Source of the DNA: Chroococcales cyanobacterium
GTDB lineage: Bacteria; Cyanobacteriota; Cyanobacteriia; Cyanobacteriales; Nostocaceae
Direction of reading: 5' to 3'
NCBI GenBank assembly: GCA_038259655.1
Contig: JBBSOP010000001.1
Coordinates: 1-53,619, forward strand
Length of the DNA: 53,619 nt
Part shown: piece by piece, positions 1 to 11,900 of the stretch
Layout of the letters: each line of letters opens with the position of its first letter
Numbering within the stretch: the first letter of the stretch is position 1
Translations under genes and position numbers: made by a program
The notes under the pieces: model-generated
Seen by the model: only the letters and a program-made list of their open reading frames with translations
Databases searched by the model: none
Told to the model about the DNA's origin: nothing

Positions 1-119
1 CAATTATACGTTGAGCGTCAGGGAAACTCCTTTGTGGGCGATGACGTGGCTTCTTTACTATCACGCTTCTTTTTGCTGCTGGTAAATTCCTTTTTTAGTT
101 TATCTGCTTTGCATACTAA

Positions 120-1451
120 TTAGACAATTAGGGTCTTGACACCATCACCAGGTACAAGGTTTAAACCGCTAAGAACAGGACGTACAGGTCGGTTGTTAGC
201 TAATTTCAGTTGATAGTGTGACAGAATTGTTGCCAATACCAACTTCATTGTAAATTCAGCAAATGCCGAACCTGGACAGCGGCGATCGCCACCACCATAA
301 GGTAGATACTCATAATAAGGAAATTGCTTTTCTAGAAAACGCTCTGGTTTAAATTGTTGAGGTTCTGGATACAAATCTGGGCGCTGATGAACAAGATAAA
401 TAGAAGGAATTAATATTGTACCTATTGGTAACTCATATCCTAACAACTCAACTGGCGATTTCACAATCCGGGGTTCAGCCTGGATTTCAACGGGACTGAT
501 TCGCAGAATTTCTTTGTAAACTGCATTGAGGTAAGGCAGTCGGACAATACTTATAGGATCAGCAAAAGGGTCAAGAGTATCGAGTTCGTGGATCAGCTTT
601 TCACGGATATGAGGTAGGTGATAAACCCAGTACAATGACCAAGCCATTGCTGATGCTATACCATCTTTACCACCAACTATTAATGTTAGTAGCTCATCGC
701 GTAATTCTTCATCGCTCATTGGCTCACCAGTTTCGTAGCGAGATGACACGAGTAAACTAAGGATATCAGTACTTTCAGGATTATAGTTCTGGCGACATTC
801 TTGAATTTCAGTGTACAAAAGTTCGTCAATTTGCCGTACCAGATGACAAATATAACCCCACGGACTCCATCGACCTAAATCCTTTCTTAAAAAAGGTAAA
901 AAGAATAAGCTAGAAGCAAAGGGATATTTAGCATATTCCAGCAGTGAACTAATGAGTCGATTAAGCTTTTGTAAGCGCTCTCCTTTATTAATACCAAATA
1001 CAGCGTTGAGGATGACTTGTTCTGAGATATCTTGCATGGCAGAACGAGCCGAAAAAATCTTACCAGGAGTTAATTTACTAAATACCTGCTGAGTGATGTC
1101 ACAAATCAAATTTCCGTAGCTTTTCAAGCGTCCTCCATGAAATGAAGGCATAATTAACTGGCGATGACGGCGATGGTTCTCACCAGTGAGTGTGGTTAAT
1201 GAATATTTCCCTAAAATTGGCTTGAAAAGTTGATTACCAGTATTATCAAATTCTTTAGACTCACCAATTAATATTTGCTGAATTGCTTGAGGATTGCTAA
1301 CGTATACTGTCAGGTTTGAGTTGGAACCCAGCCTAGCACTGAAAATGTCACCATAAGACTGAGTTGAAGCCTCCATATATCCTAATGTGTCATTTGACCA
1401 CTGTAGTAACTGTAACAAAGGAGAAGTCTTGGGGCCATCAGGTAGTTTCAT
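120..1451 (-). CDS. Cytochrome P450 (cyanobacterial CYP110-like)
   Basis: Heme motif PYGGGDRRCPG, ExxR (EILR), FKPERF. Likely start is ATG 1451 (MKLPDGP), typical of the family, rather than TTG 1487. Confidence 0.93.
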   Translation of the reverse strand: MKLPDGPKTSPLLQLLQWSNDTLGYMEASTQSYGDIFSARLGSNSNLTVYVSNPQAIQQILIGESKEFDNTGNQLFKPILGKYSLTTLTGENHRRHRQLIMPSFHGGRLKSYGNLICDITQQVFSKLTPGKIFSARSAMQDISEQVILNAVFGINKGERLQKLNRLISSLLEYAKYPFASSLFFLPFLRKDLGRWSPWGYICHLVRQIDELLYTEIQECRQNYNPESTDILSLLVSSRYETGEPMSDEELRDELLTLIVGGKDGIASAMAWSLYWVYHLPHIREKLIHELDTLDPFADPISIVRLPYLNAVYKEILRISPVEIQAEPRIVKSPVELLGYELPIGTILIPSIYLVHQRPDLYPEPQQFKPERFLEKQFPYYEYLPYGGGDRRCPGSAFAEFTMKLVLATILSHYQLKLANNRPVRPVLSGLNLVPGDGVKTLIV

Positions 1452-2198
1452 GATTTTACTCAAAAGTGGTTCTGAATTTATGAGCAACTAGAAGTATTCT
1501 GGCTAAAATTACAATCCATACTTATAAGAAGACTCTACATTTTATTTTTCAATTTTTTACATAGTTATAATTCCTATTACTAAATAGTGATAGGAAGCAG
1601 TGAAGCCGAAATCAATTAATAAATTTCAAACTACTGGAAACAAATTAAGAAATTGTTGGGGCTTGTTAAAAATTAGGTTAAAAGTTCATATTAATCCTCA
1701 ATTCAAGTTCCCTAAGTGTTTTTTATGGTAACTAGCGCACTCGTGACAGGCTTATATAGTACAAAGAAACGGTTTGTCATTAAATTGATCCTTAAATTTT
1801 AGATATTTGCTGGTAAAAATCATCAAGAATTGGCAATCTTATCAATAACAAGGTTCACGAATAAGTTTAGTTGCTGTAGCAGATAAGCTTTTGCAGGTTT
1901 TATCATCTCTCTTTTTAGAAAAAATTGAGAGATAACAGATGTGTTTGTAAATTTGCAGCAGTCAACAATAAAATTTACAAACTTGAAGTTTATTCAAGAG
2001 CGTTCGCGCTGATAGTTTTGATTCCTGCAACTCTGATTTTCCATAGTAGAAAAGTTCGCTTTATTTGTTCGCTAATAGAAAAGCTAGCTCACAAATCTTT
2101 CGTGATTACAGATTTAAATTCAACATTCTGCTCTGGGAGAAAAACAAATTATGACTTTAATTCATCAGTACTGCAATAAGTCATTAGCAGGAAAAACC

Positions 2199-3008
2199 AT
2201 GAAAAACATCTTAGTGATTGAAGATGAGACAAAAACCCGCAACCTTTTTCTTAGTTGCTTAAAATCTGAAGGTTTTTATACTATTGGTGCTGAAAATGGC
2301 GTTGTTGGTATCCAACGCGCACGAGAATGTTCACCTGATTTAGTACTTTGCGACATTCTGATGCCAGAACTTGATGGTTATGGAGTTCTCAACACACTAC
2401 GTAAAGATCCTGTGACAGCAGTTATTCCGTTTATTTTTCTCACTGTCACACTTACCAAATCTGAACTTCGTAAAGGTATGAACTTAGGAGCAGATGATTA
2501 TTTGACTAAACCTTGTAGTGTGGAAGAATTACTGGGAGCGATCGCTGCTCGACTAGAAAAACAAACAGTACTCAAGCAATGGTATGTGAATCAGCAACTA
2601 TCAGCTAAATCACAATCTATAGACACTACAACTTTCTATCCTCCTAGCTCCCGACTGAGTAAAGTCTTTCAATATATTGAAGAGAATTATCACCAGCAAA
2701 TCAACCTTTCTGATGTCGCGCGAGCAGTGGGTTACTCTCATGCTTACTTGACTAATTTAGTTAAACGCCAAACGAAGCGATCGGTACACGATTGGATTGT
2801 TGAACGCCGGATGACAGAAGCGCGTTATTTACTTCTCAACACTGATGAAACCGTTAATCGAATCGCTACAAAAGTTGGATATGTAGATGCAGGCTATTTC
2901 ATCCGCTTGTTTCGACAAATTCATCAGCTTCCGCCAAAAGAATGGAGAAACAAATCTCGTATACAGCTAGTTGAGGAATGTTTCTCGGCATCATCTTCTT
3001 TAAATTAA
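2199..3008 (+). CDS. Response regulator, REC + AraC-type HTH
   Basis: ILVIEDE / DLVLCDILMP / ADDYLTKP receiver motifs; C-terminal AraC double HTH (IATKVGY...YFIRLFR). Likely start ATG 2199 (2151 possible). Confidence 0.92.
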   Translation: MKNILVIEDETKTRNLFLSCLKSEGFYTIGAENGVVGIQRARECSPDLVLCDILMPELDGYGVLNTLRKDPVTAVIPFIFLTVTLTKSELRKGMNLGADDYLTKPCSVEELLGAIAARLEKQTVLKQWYVNQQLSAKSQSIDTTTFYPPSSRLSKVFQYIEENYHQQINLSDVARAVGYSHAYLTNLVKRQTKRSVHDWIVERRMTEARYLLLNTDETVNRIATKVGYVDAGYFIRLFRQIHQLPPKEWRNKSRIQLVEECFSASSSLN

Positions 3009-3153
3009 AGGTATTTTTATCGTTACTTGAGCGTACTTTGTGTCTTAGTAATTCTAGATTTTTACCACAAAAACACTAAGACGCTAAGAGTAAAATACTT
3101 TTGATTCATGACAGCTAATTATTTAAACATTGCTTTCTAATTGGACAAAGACA

Positions 3154-4320
3154 ATGGAAAATTTAACTTCCACAAAATCAAACTCTGCCTTTTCTAATGG
3201 ATTACCAGTTTTATATGTTATTGCCTTCTTATCGGGTATATCTATAGGGCTGTTTAATCCTTTTATATCAACATTTATGGCTCAAAATCAAGTTGATGAG
3301 CTATGGATAGGTGCTAACTCTACGGTGTATTTTCTGATGATATTTTTAGGGACTCCTTTGGTGGCAAAAATATTACGCCAAATAGGACTCCGTAAAACTA
3401 TGACATTGGGTTTGATGCTGATGGGTTTTAGCGCCCCTCTGTTTCCTATGACAACACAACTGTCTTTGTGGTTTGTCATCCGCGCTGTGATGGGTTTTGG
3501 TTGTTGTTTGTACTTAGTTTGTGGACAAACAGCATTAAATTACTTTTGTCATGAAAATAATCGATCAATCGCCAGTGGTTTGTACTCTCTAGCTTTTTCT
3601 TTTGGATTTGGTATGGGGCCAGTCATGGGTTCTTCTCTCTACAACTTTTCCCCACAATTGACTTTTTCTTTAGGTAGTCTTTTAATTCTTACTGGCTTAG
3701 TTGTAGTTTGGATAGGCTTACCTGAAAAGTCAATTGTTTTTGATTCTTCTATACGACCAGAGCTTTTTAGAAAGTTGAAACTCCCTCTTTATGGTGCTTA
3801 TGCTTATGGTTTTGTTGATGCTACTTTAGTTTCTTTATATCCAGTGTATTTACTACAACAAAACTATGGTGTGGAACAAATAGGTTCTACATTTGTTTTA
3901 TTTGTACTAGGAGGTTTACTTGCTACTCTTCCAGTTACACATTTAGCAGACCGTTTTGACAAATTAAAGGTTCTGTTGATAACTGTGTGTATTATTATAT
4001 TTTCTCTTTCATCTCTTTCTGTAACTACAAACTCTATGACTATTCAGATATTGGCATTTGTTTCTGGAGCTAGCATTAGTCCTATTTTCCCCTTAGCGAT
4101 CGCCATGATTGGCAACAAAGTTTCTGAGAATGAATTATCTTCTGGAAGTGCCTTATTCACAACTGTATATGGTTTTGGATGTGCCGCTGGACCTATACTT
4201 TCCTCCATAGTTATGCAAATTTTCGGTGCGCGTCAAATTTTTATCTTGTCAATAATTAGCTTTGCTTTAGTTTTGGTCTATACAGTCAGCGAATTGAACA
4301 AATCCCAGAGAGCTTACTAA
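3154..4320 (+). CDS. MFS transporter
   Basis: About 12 hydrophobic segments and an MFS-like loop (LADRFDK); lies inside the BGC, putative exporter. Confidence 0.88.
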   Translation: MENLTSTKSNSAFSNGLPVLYVIAFLSGISIGLFNPFISTFMAQNQVDELWIGANSTVYFLMIFLGTPLVAKILRQIGLRKTMTLGLMLMGFSAPLFPMTTQLSLWFVIRAVMGFGCCLYLVCGQTALNYFCHENNRSIASGLYSLAFSFGFGMGPVMGSSLYNFSPQLTFSLGSLLILTGLVVVWIGLPEKSIVFDSSIRPELFRKLKLPLYGAYAYGFVDATLVSLYPVYLLQQNYGVEQIGSTFVLFVLGGLLATLPVTHLADRFDKLKVLLITVCIIIFSLSSLSVTTNSMTIQILAFVSGASISPIFPLAIAMIGNKVSENELSSGSALFTTVYGFGCAAGPILSSIVMQIFGARQIFILSIISFALVLVYTVSELNKSQRAY

Positions 4321-4338
4321 CAAGATTTGTAAAAGTTT

Positions 4339-4782
4339 ATGCTACTAATTGCAGGAGATTTTTCAGGTATGAAGAACATACAAGATGTCACTAAAAATTT
4401 AACAAATACTGGCTTATTCCAGTTATTTACAAGTAGTCAAAATACACTACTTGAGTGGATACAAAATTTTGGCAATACTACATTGTCTAAGGATGCTTCT
4501 GAAGCACGACCTTTACAACAACAGTTTAAAACAGAGGAAGTTATTGAAGGCTGGTTAGTTTTTTATCTTTCTAAACTACTGCTAGTTAATCACAGTGAGA
4601 TTAACATTCATCTGCCCTTTGAATACTACGGAATAACTTCACTAGAAGCGTTACGTCTAACGTACGCTATAGAAGTTTGGTTAGGACGTAGATTTTCTCT
4701 AGAGTTGGTGTATGAGTATCCCACAGTTAAAGTATTGGCACAGCACTTAGCCCAGGAAGTTGAATACGCCTGTGTATCTTAA
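4339..4782 (+). CDS. Stand-alone acyl carrier protein with N-terminal extension
   Basis: C-terminal ~80 aa resemble a PKS-type ACP (IEGWLV...FEYYGITSLEAL...YEYPTVKVLAQHLA). Start uncertain (4339 or 4369). Confidence 0.75.
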   Translation: MLLIAGDFSGMKNIQDVTKNLTNTGLFQLFTSSQNTLLEWIQNFGNTTLSKDASEARPLQQQFKTEEVIEGWLVFYLSKLLLVNHSEINIHLPFEYYGITSLEALRLTYAIEVWLGRRFSLELVYEYPTVKVLAQHLAQEVEYACVS

Positions 4783-4814
4783 TTACGAATTACGAATTAC
4801 GAATTACGAATTAC
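4781..4814. repeat. Heptamer tandem repeat (AATTACG)n, STRR-like
   Basis: aattacg repeated about 5 times; further copies near 21750-21805 and 24576-24620. Confidence 0.85.
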
Positions 4815-4815
4815 T

Positions 4816-5562
4816 ATGATCACCATTGATTGCTTGTGGCGTTCTCCACCTACAAACTGGTCACTGTTAAGCGAAGATGTTCATGTCTGGTGTACTTTCC
4901 TTAACCAATCGACATCACGCATTCAGACATTAGCACAATTACTTTCACAAGACGAACGCACGAGATCTGAACGTTTTTATTTAGAACGAGACAGAAAACG
5001 TTTTATTGTTGGGCGTGGTTTACTGAGAACAATTTTAGGTTCTTATTTGGGTACTAATGCCAGTCAATTACAGTTTTGTTATGGACAGCATGGCAAGCCA
5101 ACTCTGGCAGAAACATCTGGTGGAAGCATCTTGAGTTTTAATTTATCTCACTCCCACGAACTTGTTTTATATGCCATAACTCGGAAACGTGAAATTGGTG
5201 TTGATATTGAATATATCCGTCCTATTTCTGACTTTGAGCAAATTGCCGATCGCTGTTTTTCTGAACGAGAAAAAAATGTTTTTCAAAAACTTCCTACAGA
5301 CCAAAAACTAGGAGCATTTTTTAATTGTTGGACACGTAAAGAAGCTTACTTAAAAGCTACTGGTTATGGGCTACTTTTCCCGATGGATCAGTTAGATGTC
5401 TCATTATCTCCCAGTGAACCAGTGCAACTTTACAGCATTAAAGGCGATCGCTCCACTGTCACCCGTTGGTCACTCCAAGAATTTACACCCGCTTACGGCT
5501 ATGTGGGCGCTCTAGCTGTTGAAGGACACGGCTGGCAACTCAAATGCTGGCAATGGGAGTAA
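4816..5562 (+). CDS. Sfp/HetI-type 4'-phosphopantetheinyl transferase
   Basis: FNLSHS, IGVDIE and WTRKEAYLKA motifs. Confidence 0.95.
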   Translation: MITIDCLWRSPPTNWSLLSEDVHVWCTFLNQSTSRIQTLAQLLSQDERTRSERFYLERDRKRFIVGRGLLRTILGSYLGTNASQLQFCYGQHGKPTLAETSGGSILSFNLSHSHELVLYAITRKREIGVDIEYIRPISDFEQIADRCFSEREKNVFQKLPTDQKLGAFFNCWTRKEAYLKATGYGLLFPMDQLDVSLSPSEPVQLYSIKGDRSTVTRWSLQEFTPAYGYVGALAVEGHGWQLKCWQWE

Positions 5563-5918
5563 GAAGTCAGTTGTCAGTTGTCAGTGGTGTTTTTCCCCCT
5601 GCTTTCTCATCTCCCTACTCCCTAAGATACATCCCTGATTAGCGAAAGATTTTCCATTGATTATTCATCTCACATTCCGTAAATTAACTATGTTACCGAT
5701 AACTGCAATTAAAGTACCTGCAAATCAAATATAAGAAGTTGAAGCAAACTTACTCTTCAACAATAGAATTTTCGTGTTATTCTTTGCGCCTTTGCGTGAG
5801 AAAAAAATATTTATGCATCTGTGCAAGAACAATAAATAATCAAATCAAAAAATAGGGATAAAAATCGATTTTTATCTAATCCCTAGCCCCTAATCCCTAA
5901 CTCACAGGAAAAGGTAAT

Positions 5919-8900
5919 ATGACTGTTTCCTTCCAATATTTAAAATTCTCTTCGTTAGTAGACCTTCTACGCTACAGAGCTTTACACCAACCTGATAGAT
6001 TAGCTTTTTCCTTTTTACAAGATGGAGAAAAAGAAGTAGCTAGTTTAACTTACAAAGAATTAGATCAACAAGTACGAGCGATCGCAGCTTATCTCCAGTC
6101 TATCAAAGCGGGTGGCGAACGAGCCTTACTCCTTTACCCATCTGGCTTAGAATTTATTGCTGCTTTCTTCGGGTGTTTATATGCAGGAGTCGTAGCCGTT
6201 CCAGCTTACCCACCCAAGCAAAATCAAAAGCTCACCAGATTACAGTCAATCATCACCGATGCTCAAGCAAAGGTCGCTCTTACCACCACATCTCTATTTG
6301 AGAACATCAAGAAACGCTTTGACCAAGATACAGAACTGACAGACTTACATTTACTCGCCACTGATGGCATTACTGATGACTTAGCCTCAAATTGGCAAAA
6401 ACCAGAAATTAACAGCAACACTTTAGCTTTTCTACAATATACTTCCGGTTCTACCGGCACACCAAAAGGAGTCATGGTTAGTCATGGCAACCTGCTACAT
6501 AACTTAGAGTATATTAAGCAAGCATTTGAACTCACTCCTGATACTGTATCTGTGTCTTGGTTGCCTGGGTTCCATGACATGGGTCTGATTGATGGACATC
6601 TCCAACCCATATATACAGGGTTTAAATGTATCCTGATGCCCCCTGCATCGTTTGTACAGCGTCCGATTCGCTGGTTGCAAGCAATTTCGCATTATCAAGC
6701 AAATCATTCGGGTGGGCCTAATTTTGGCTATGACCTCTGTGCTAGCAGTAAACTGACTCCAGAACAAATAGAATCCCTAGATTTAAGTCATTGGCATAGC
6801 GCCTATAGTGGTTCTGAGCCTGTTCGCCAAGAAACAATGGCACGGTTTGCGGCAAAATTTAAATCTGCTGGTTTTGGGACTAACTTATTTTATCCTTGCT
6901 ATGGTTTAGCGGAATCCACTTTGATGGTTTCAGGTGGCAATGTCAAAGACGAACCGATTTACTGTCAAGTTGAAGCCGAAGCACTCGAACAAAATCGGAT
7001 TGTCCCAGCTAATGCAGATACTAAAAATATTAGACATTTGGTAGGTTGTGGGCATTCTTGGCTGGATACGAAAATTGTCATTGCTAACCCAGAGACAATG
7101 ACAGAATGTGCAGCTAACGAAGTGGGAGAAATTTGGGTTTCTAGTTCTAGTGTGGCTCAAGGTTATTGGCAAAGACCAGAAGCGACAGTTCAGACGTTTC
7201 AAGCATATCTGCAAGATGGAAGTGGCCCATTTCTGCGTACTGGTGATTTCGGGTTTTTGCAAAATGGTGAGGTGTTCGTCACCGGACGCGTTAAGGACAT
7301 GATTATTATCCGGGGTCGCAATCATTATCCCCAGGATATTGAATCGACGGCGGTAAAAAGTCATGCAGATTTACGGATTGGTTTTGCGGCGGCGTTTGCA
7401 ATTGAAGTAGATGGCGAAGAGCAACTCGTTGTAACTTGTGAGGTTGAACGGACTGCGATTCGCAAGTTGAATGTGGATGAAGTTGTGACGGCTATTCGGC
7501 AAGCGGTGTCTGAGGAACATGAGTTACAGGTTTATGCTGTGTTGTTGCTGAAGCCTGCAAGTATTCCGAAAACTTCTAGTGGGAAGATTCAGCGCCACGC
7601 TTGTCGGGCTAAGTTTTTAGAGGGTACGTTGGATATTGTGGATATGTGGCACAGTCAAGCAGGAGATGAGAGGCTCACGCAGAGACAAGGCAACGCGTTG
7701 GGCGGCTCTGCCGACTTGTTCGCGCAGCGTCTCCGACAGGAGAAGCGACTGCCGCGCAGAGACGCAGAGGTAGAAGGAAAGCAAGCAGAAGTTATTCAAG
7801 TTTGGTTGGTTGATAAGGTTTCACAGCAGTTAAAGATTGCGTCTCAAAGTATAGATGTTCAAGAACCTTTTGCACGCTATGGTTTGGATTCACTGGCAGC
7901 GATGATGCTTTCTACTGAGTTGGAAGATTGGTTGGGGTTGAGCCTTTCTCCAACTTTGGTTTATGATTATCCTTCTATTGCTGCTTTGGCTGAACATTTG
8001 GCTGTGGTTGTGGAAAATTCTCAGCCAGAATTAGAGTCTGAGGGAGGGATAGATGAAACTAGTGAGAATGATGAAACAGATGCGATCGCAATTATAGGCA
8101 TAGGTTGTCGTTTTCCGGGAGCGAAAGACCCGGAGGCGTTTTGGGAACTGCTAAAAAATGGTACTGATGCCATTGTAGAAGTACCGAGCGATCGCTGGGA
8201 CATTAATCAAGTTTATGATGCCCAACCTGCAACACCAGGGAAGATGAACACTCGTTGGGGTGGATTTCTAGAAGATGTAGATCAATTTGATGCTGCTTTT
8301 TTTGGCATTAGTCGCCGCGAAGCCGAAAGTATTGACCCGCAACAACGGCTAGTATTAGAAGTCAGTTGGGAAGCGTTGGAGAATGCTGGTATTGCCCCAC
8401 AGCGATTAAAAGGCAGTCAGACTGGGGTATTTATCGGCATTAGCACTAACGATTATGCGCGGTTGCAGTTTAACCATCCCACCGGCACTGATGCTTACTT
8501 TGGTACTAGTTCGGCGTTCAGTATTATTGCTAATCGCTTATCTTATTTATTAGATTTACGCGGGCCAAGTTGGGCAGTAGATACAGCTTGTTCTTCTTCT
8601 TTGGTGGCGGTGCATCAAGCTTGTCAAAGTCTGCGTCAAAAAGAGTCGGAACTAGCTTTAGCAGGCGGGGTCAATTTAATTCTGACTCCTGAATTAACGA
8701 TCGCATTTTCTCAAGCGCAAATGATGGCAGACGATGGCCATTGTAAAACATTTGATGCTAGTGCTAACGGTTATGTGCGGGGTGAAGGTTGCGGTATTGT
8801 TGTCTTGAAGCGTCTCGATGATGCTAAGAGGGATCAAGACCAGATTTTAGGAATTATTAGAGGTTCGGCAGTTAATCAAGATGGTCGCAGCAATGGATTA

Positions 8901-11900
8901 ACAGCACCTAATGGCCCTTCTCAGCAAGCGGTTGTGCGTCAGGCTTTGGATAAGGCGCAAGTGCAACCCTCGCAAATTAGTTATGTTGAGGCGCATGGTA
9001 CTGGTACACCTTTGGGAGATCCTATTGAGGTCAATTCTTTAAAAGAAGTGCTAACCCAGGGAAGAACGCCATCATCTTCTTGCTGGATTGGTTCAGTAAA
9101 AACTAATATTGGTCACTTGGAGGCGGCATCGGGAATTGCCAGTTTGATTAAAGTAATTCTGGCGTTGCAGCATCAAGAGATTCCACCTCATTTACATCTC
9201 AAGCAGCTTAACCCTCATATCAAGTTAGAGGGTACTGGTTTGGCAATTCCCACTGAACGTCAGGCATGGACAGAAGAACCGCGATTTGCTGGTGTGAGTG
9301 CGTTCGGGTTTGGTGGGACTAATTCTCATGTGATTTTGGAAGAAAGTCAAAAAACGAACCGCAAAGGACGCGAAGTACACAAAGGAAGAGTTTTAGAGAG
9401 TTCTTGCGTAAGTCTTGAGAAAGAAGAATTTGAGCGTCCTAAGCATTTGCTGACTCTCTCGGCGAAGAGTGAAAAGGCGTTGCGGGAATTGGCACAGAAG
9501 TATGTGCAGTTTTTAGGGGCAAATCCGGAAGTTGCTGTTGCTGATGTTTGTTTTACTAGTAACACAGGGCGATCGCATTTTGATAATCGTTTAGCAATTG
9601 TTGCTGAATCTACTGCTCAGTTAAGCGAACAACTCAATACTTTTATTAATTCGGCAATAGTTAATCAGCGAGAAACAAACAAACCTCGTAAAATCGCCTT
9701 TCTCTTTACCGGACAAGGTTCTCAATATGTCGGTATGGGACGGCAACTCTACGAAACTCAACCAGTTTTTCGCCGCACTTTGGAACGTTGTGATCAAATT
9801 CTTCGGGCTTATTTAGAACAACCTCTGCTATCCGTTATTTACCCTGAGTTTGAAAAAAACTCAGTGTTAAATGAAACTGCATATACGCAACCTGCATTAT
9901 TTGCCTTGGAATATGCTTTGTTTGAACTGTGGAAGTCTTGGGGAATTGTCCCAGATGTAGTTATCGGTCACAGTGTTGGGGAATATGCCGCCGCTTGTGC
10001 TGCTGGGGTGTTCAGTTTAGAAGATGGGCTAAAACTAATTGCCGAAAGAGGACGATTAATGCAAGCCTTGCCTCCTAATGGCATGATGGCAGCAGTTTTG
10101 ACTGATGAACAACGAGTAGCTGAGGCAATTGCACCTTATCCAGAAGTATCTATTGCTACTGTGAATAGTCCCAAACAAACTGTGATTTCGGGAACCAAAG
10201 CAGCTGTGCAGGAAGTGCTGAAATACTTTGAATCTGAGAAAATTTCAGCCAAGGCGTTAAAAGTTTCTCACGCTTTTCACTCTCCGTTGATGAACCCGAT
10301 GCTAGAGTCTTTTAAAAAGATTGCTGCTTCGGTGAAGTTTAACGCCCCTAGTATTCCTTTAGTTTCCAACTTGACAGGCGAAATTCTCACTAATCAAGAC
10401 GTTCTTGATGTGAATTATTGGTGTCGTCACATTAGAGAAGCGGTCAGATTTTCAGCCGGGATGGAGACACTGCATCGTCAAGGTTATGACTTATTTCTGG
10501 AAATTGGCCCCAATTCCACGCTGACAAATTTAGGAAAGCAGTGTTTACCAAAAAAAGTTGGAACTTGGTTAAGTTCTCTCACCAAAGAGGACAACTGGCA
10601 ATCATTACTCAGTAGTTTGGCAACACTATACACCCTCGGCGTAGATGTGGACTGGTCTGGATTTGACCAAGATTTTACCCGCGCTAAGTTAGCACTTCCT
10701 ACTTATCCGTTTCAGCGTCAACGTTTTTGGATTAAAACCGACGGAGGAAAAAATACAAAATTGAATATTACAACAGACGAACTCAGCAAACAAAGCCCTC
10801 AACCATACTCAGGGATTACGCAGAATTATGAAGAAACGAACCGCCAAGGACACAAAGTACGCGAAGGAATGAGAGTTTTAGAGAGTTCTAAATACTTTTA
10901 TGAGTGGCAATGGCAACCTCAGCAGCTAGTTAAAACAGGAGATATTTTACCTGGGGCTATCCTTATCTTTAAGGACGCTCAAATGGTTGCTAAAAACCTA
11001 GAAAAGCTGTTTGATGCGGAAAAATACACTGTCTACTTTGTAACTGCTGCTCAAAAGTTCCAACAAAAAACAGAACGGCACTTTACTATCAATCCTGCTT
11101 CACCGGAAGATTATGAGCAACTGATTCAAGCATTAAAACAGCAAGGTCTGACGATTACAGCTATTATCCATCTTTGGAATTACAATCAAGCTGCCATCTC
11201 CCGATTGCCCATAAATTCTCATGACTCTGTACTGCAAGAAGGTATGTACAGTGTGCTGTATTTAGGACAAGCCCTTGTCAAACATTACTCAAATTCTCCC
11301 ATCAATCTCCTACTGTTAACTCAGGGTGCTTATATAACATCTGTAAACGAAACTCTTCAGGGTTTACACCAAGCAATGGGCGCAACTTTAGCCCAAACCA
11401 TTACTCAAGAACATAATAATATTCAAGCGAGAGTAGTAGATATTACACCTGGAAGTGTCTCTCCAGAAACACTGGCTGAAATGTTGTTCCAAGAACTACA
11501 AGCTAAACCCGATAAAGAAGGAATTGTAGTTATTCGCCAAGGACAAAGATTCATCCGGCTTCTAGAAAGAATGGAAATCCCCGCTAATAAGGAATTTCAC
11601 TCAGTTTTAACACCGGCAGATACTTGGTTAATTACTGGTGGTGTCAGTGATGTCGGGGCAGAAATCGCTAAGGGAATGGTAAGCCGCGCACAGATTAATT
11701 TAGTATTAACTGGTCGCCATCCCCTACCGCCCAAAGCAGAATGGCATCTGCATGACGGCGACAACAGCACTAACAAACGCATCAAGATTATTCAAAATCT
11801 AGAGCAACTGGGAGCTACGGTGTTGTATCACGCTGTAGATGTGACAGATGCTGAAGGGATGCAGCAGTTGATGTCTATTATTCAAGAGCGTTTTGGACAA

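Noticed and set aside
1925-2179. 84-aa ORF upstream of the regulator
   Set aside because: TTG start, AT-rich promoter-like region, no motif, overlaps the next ORF.
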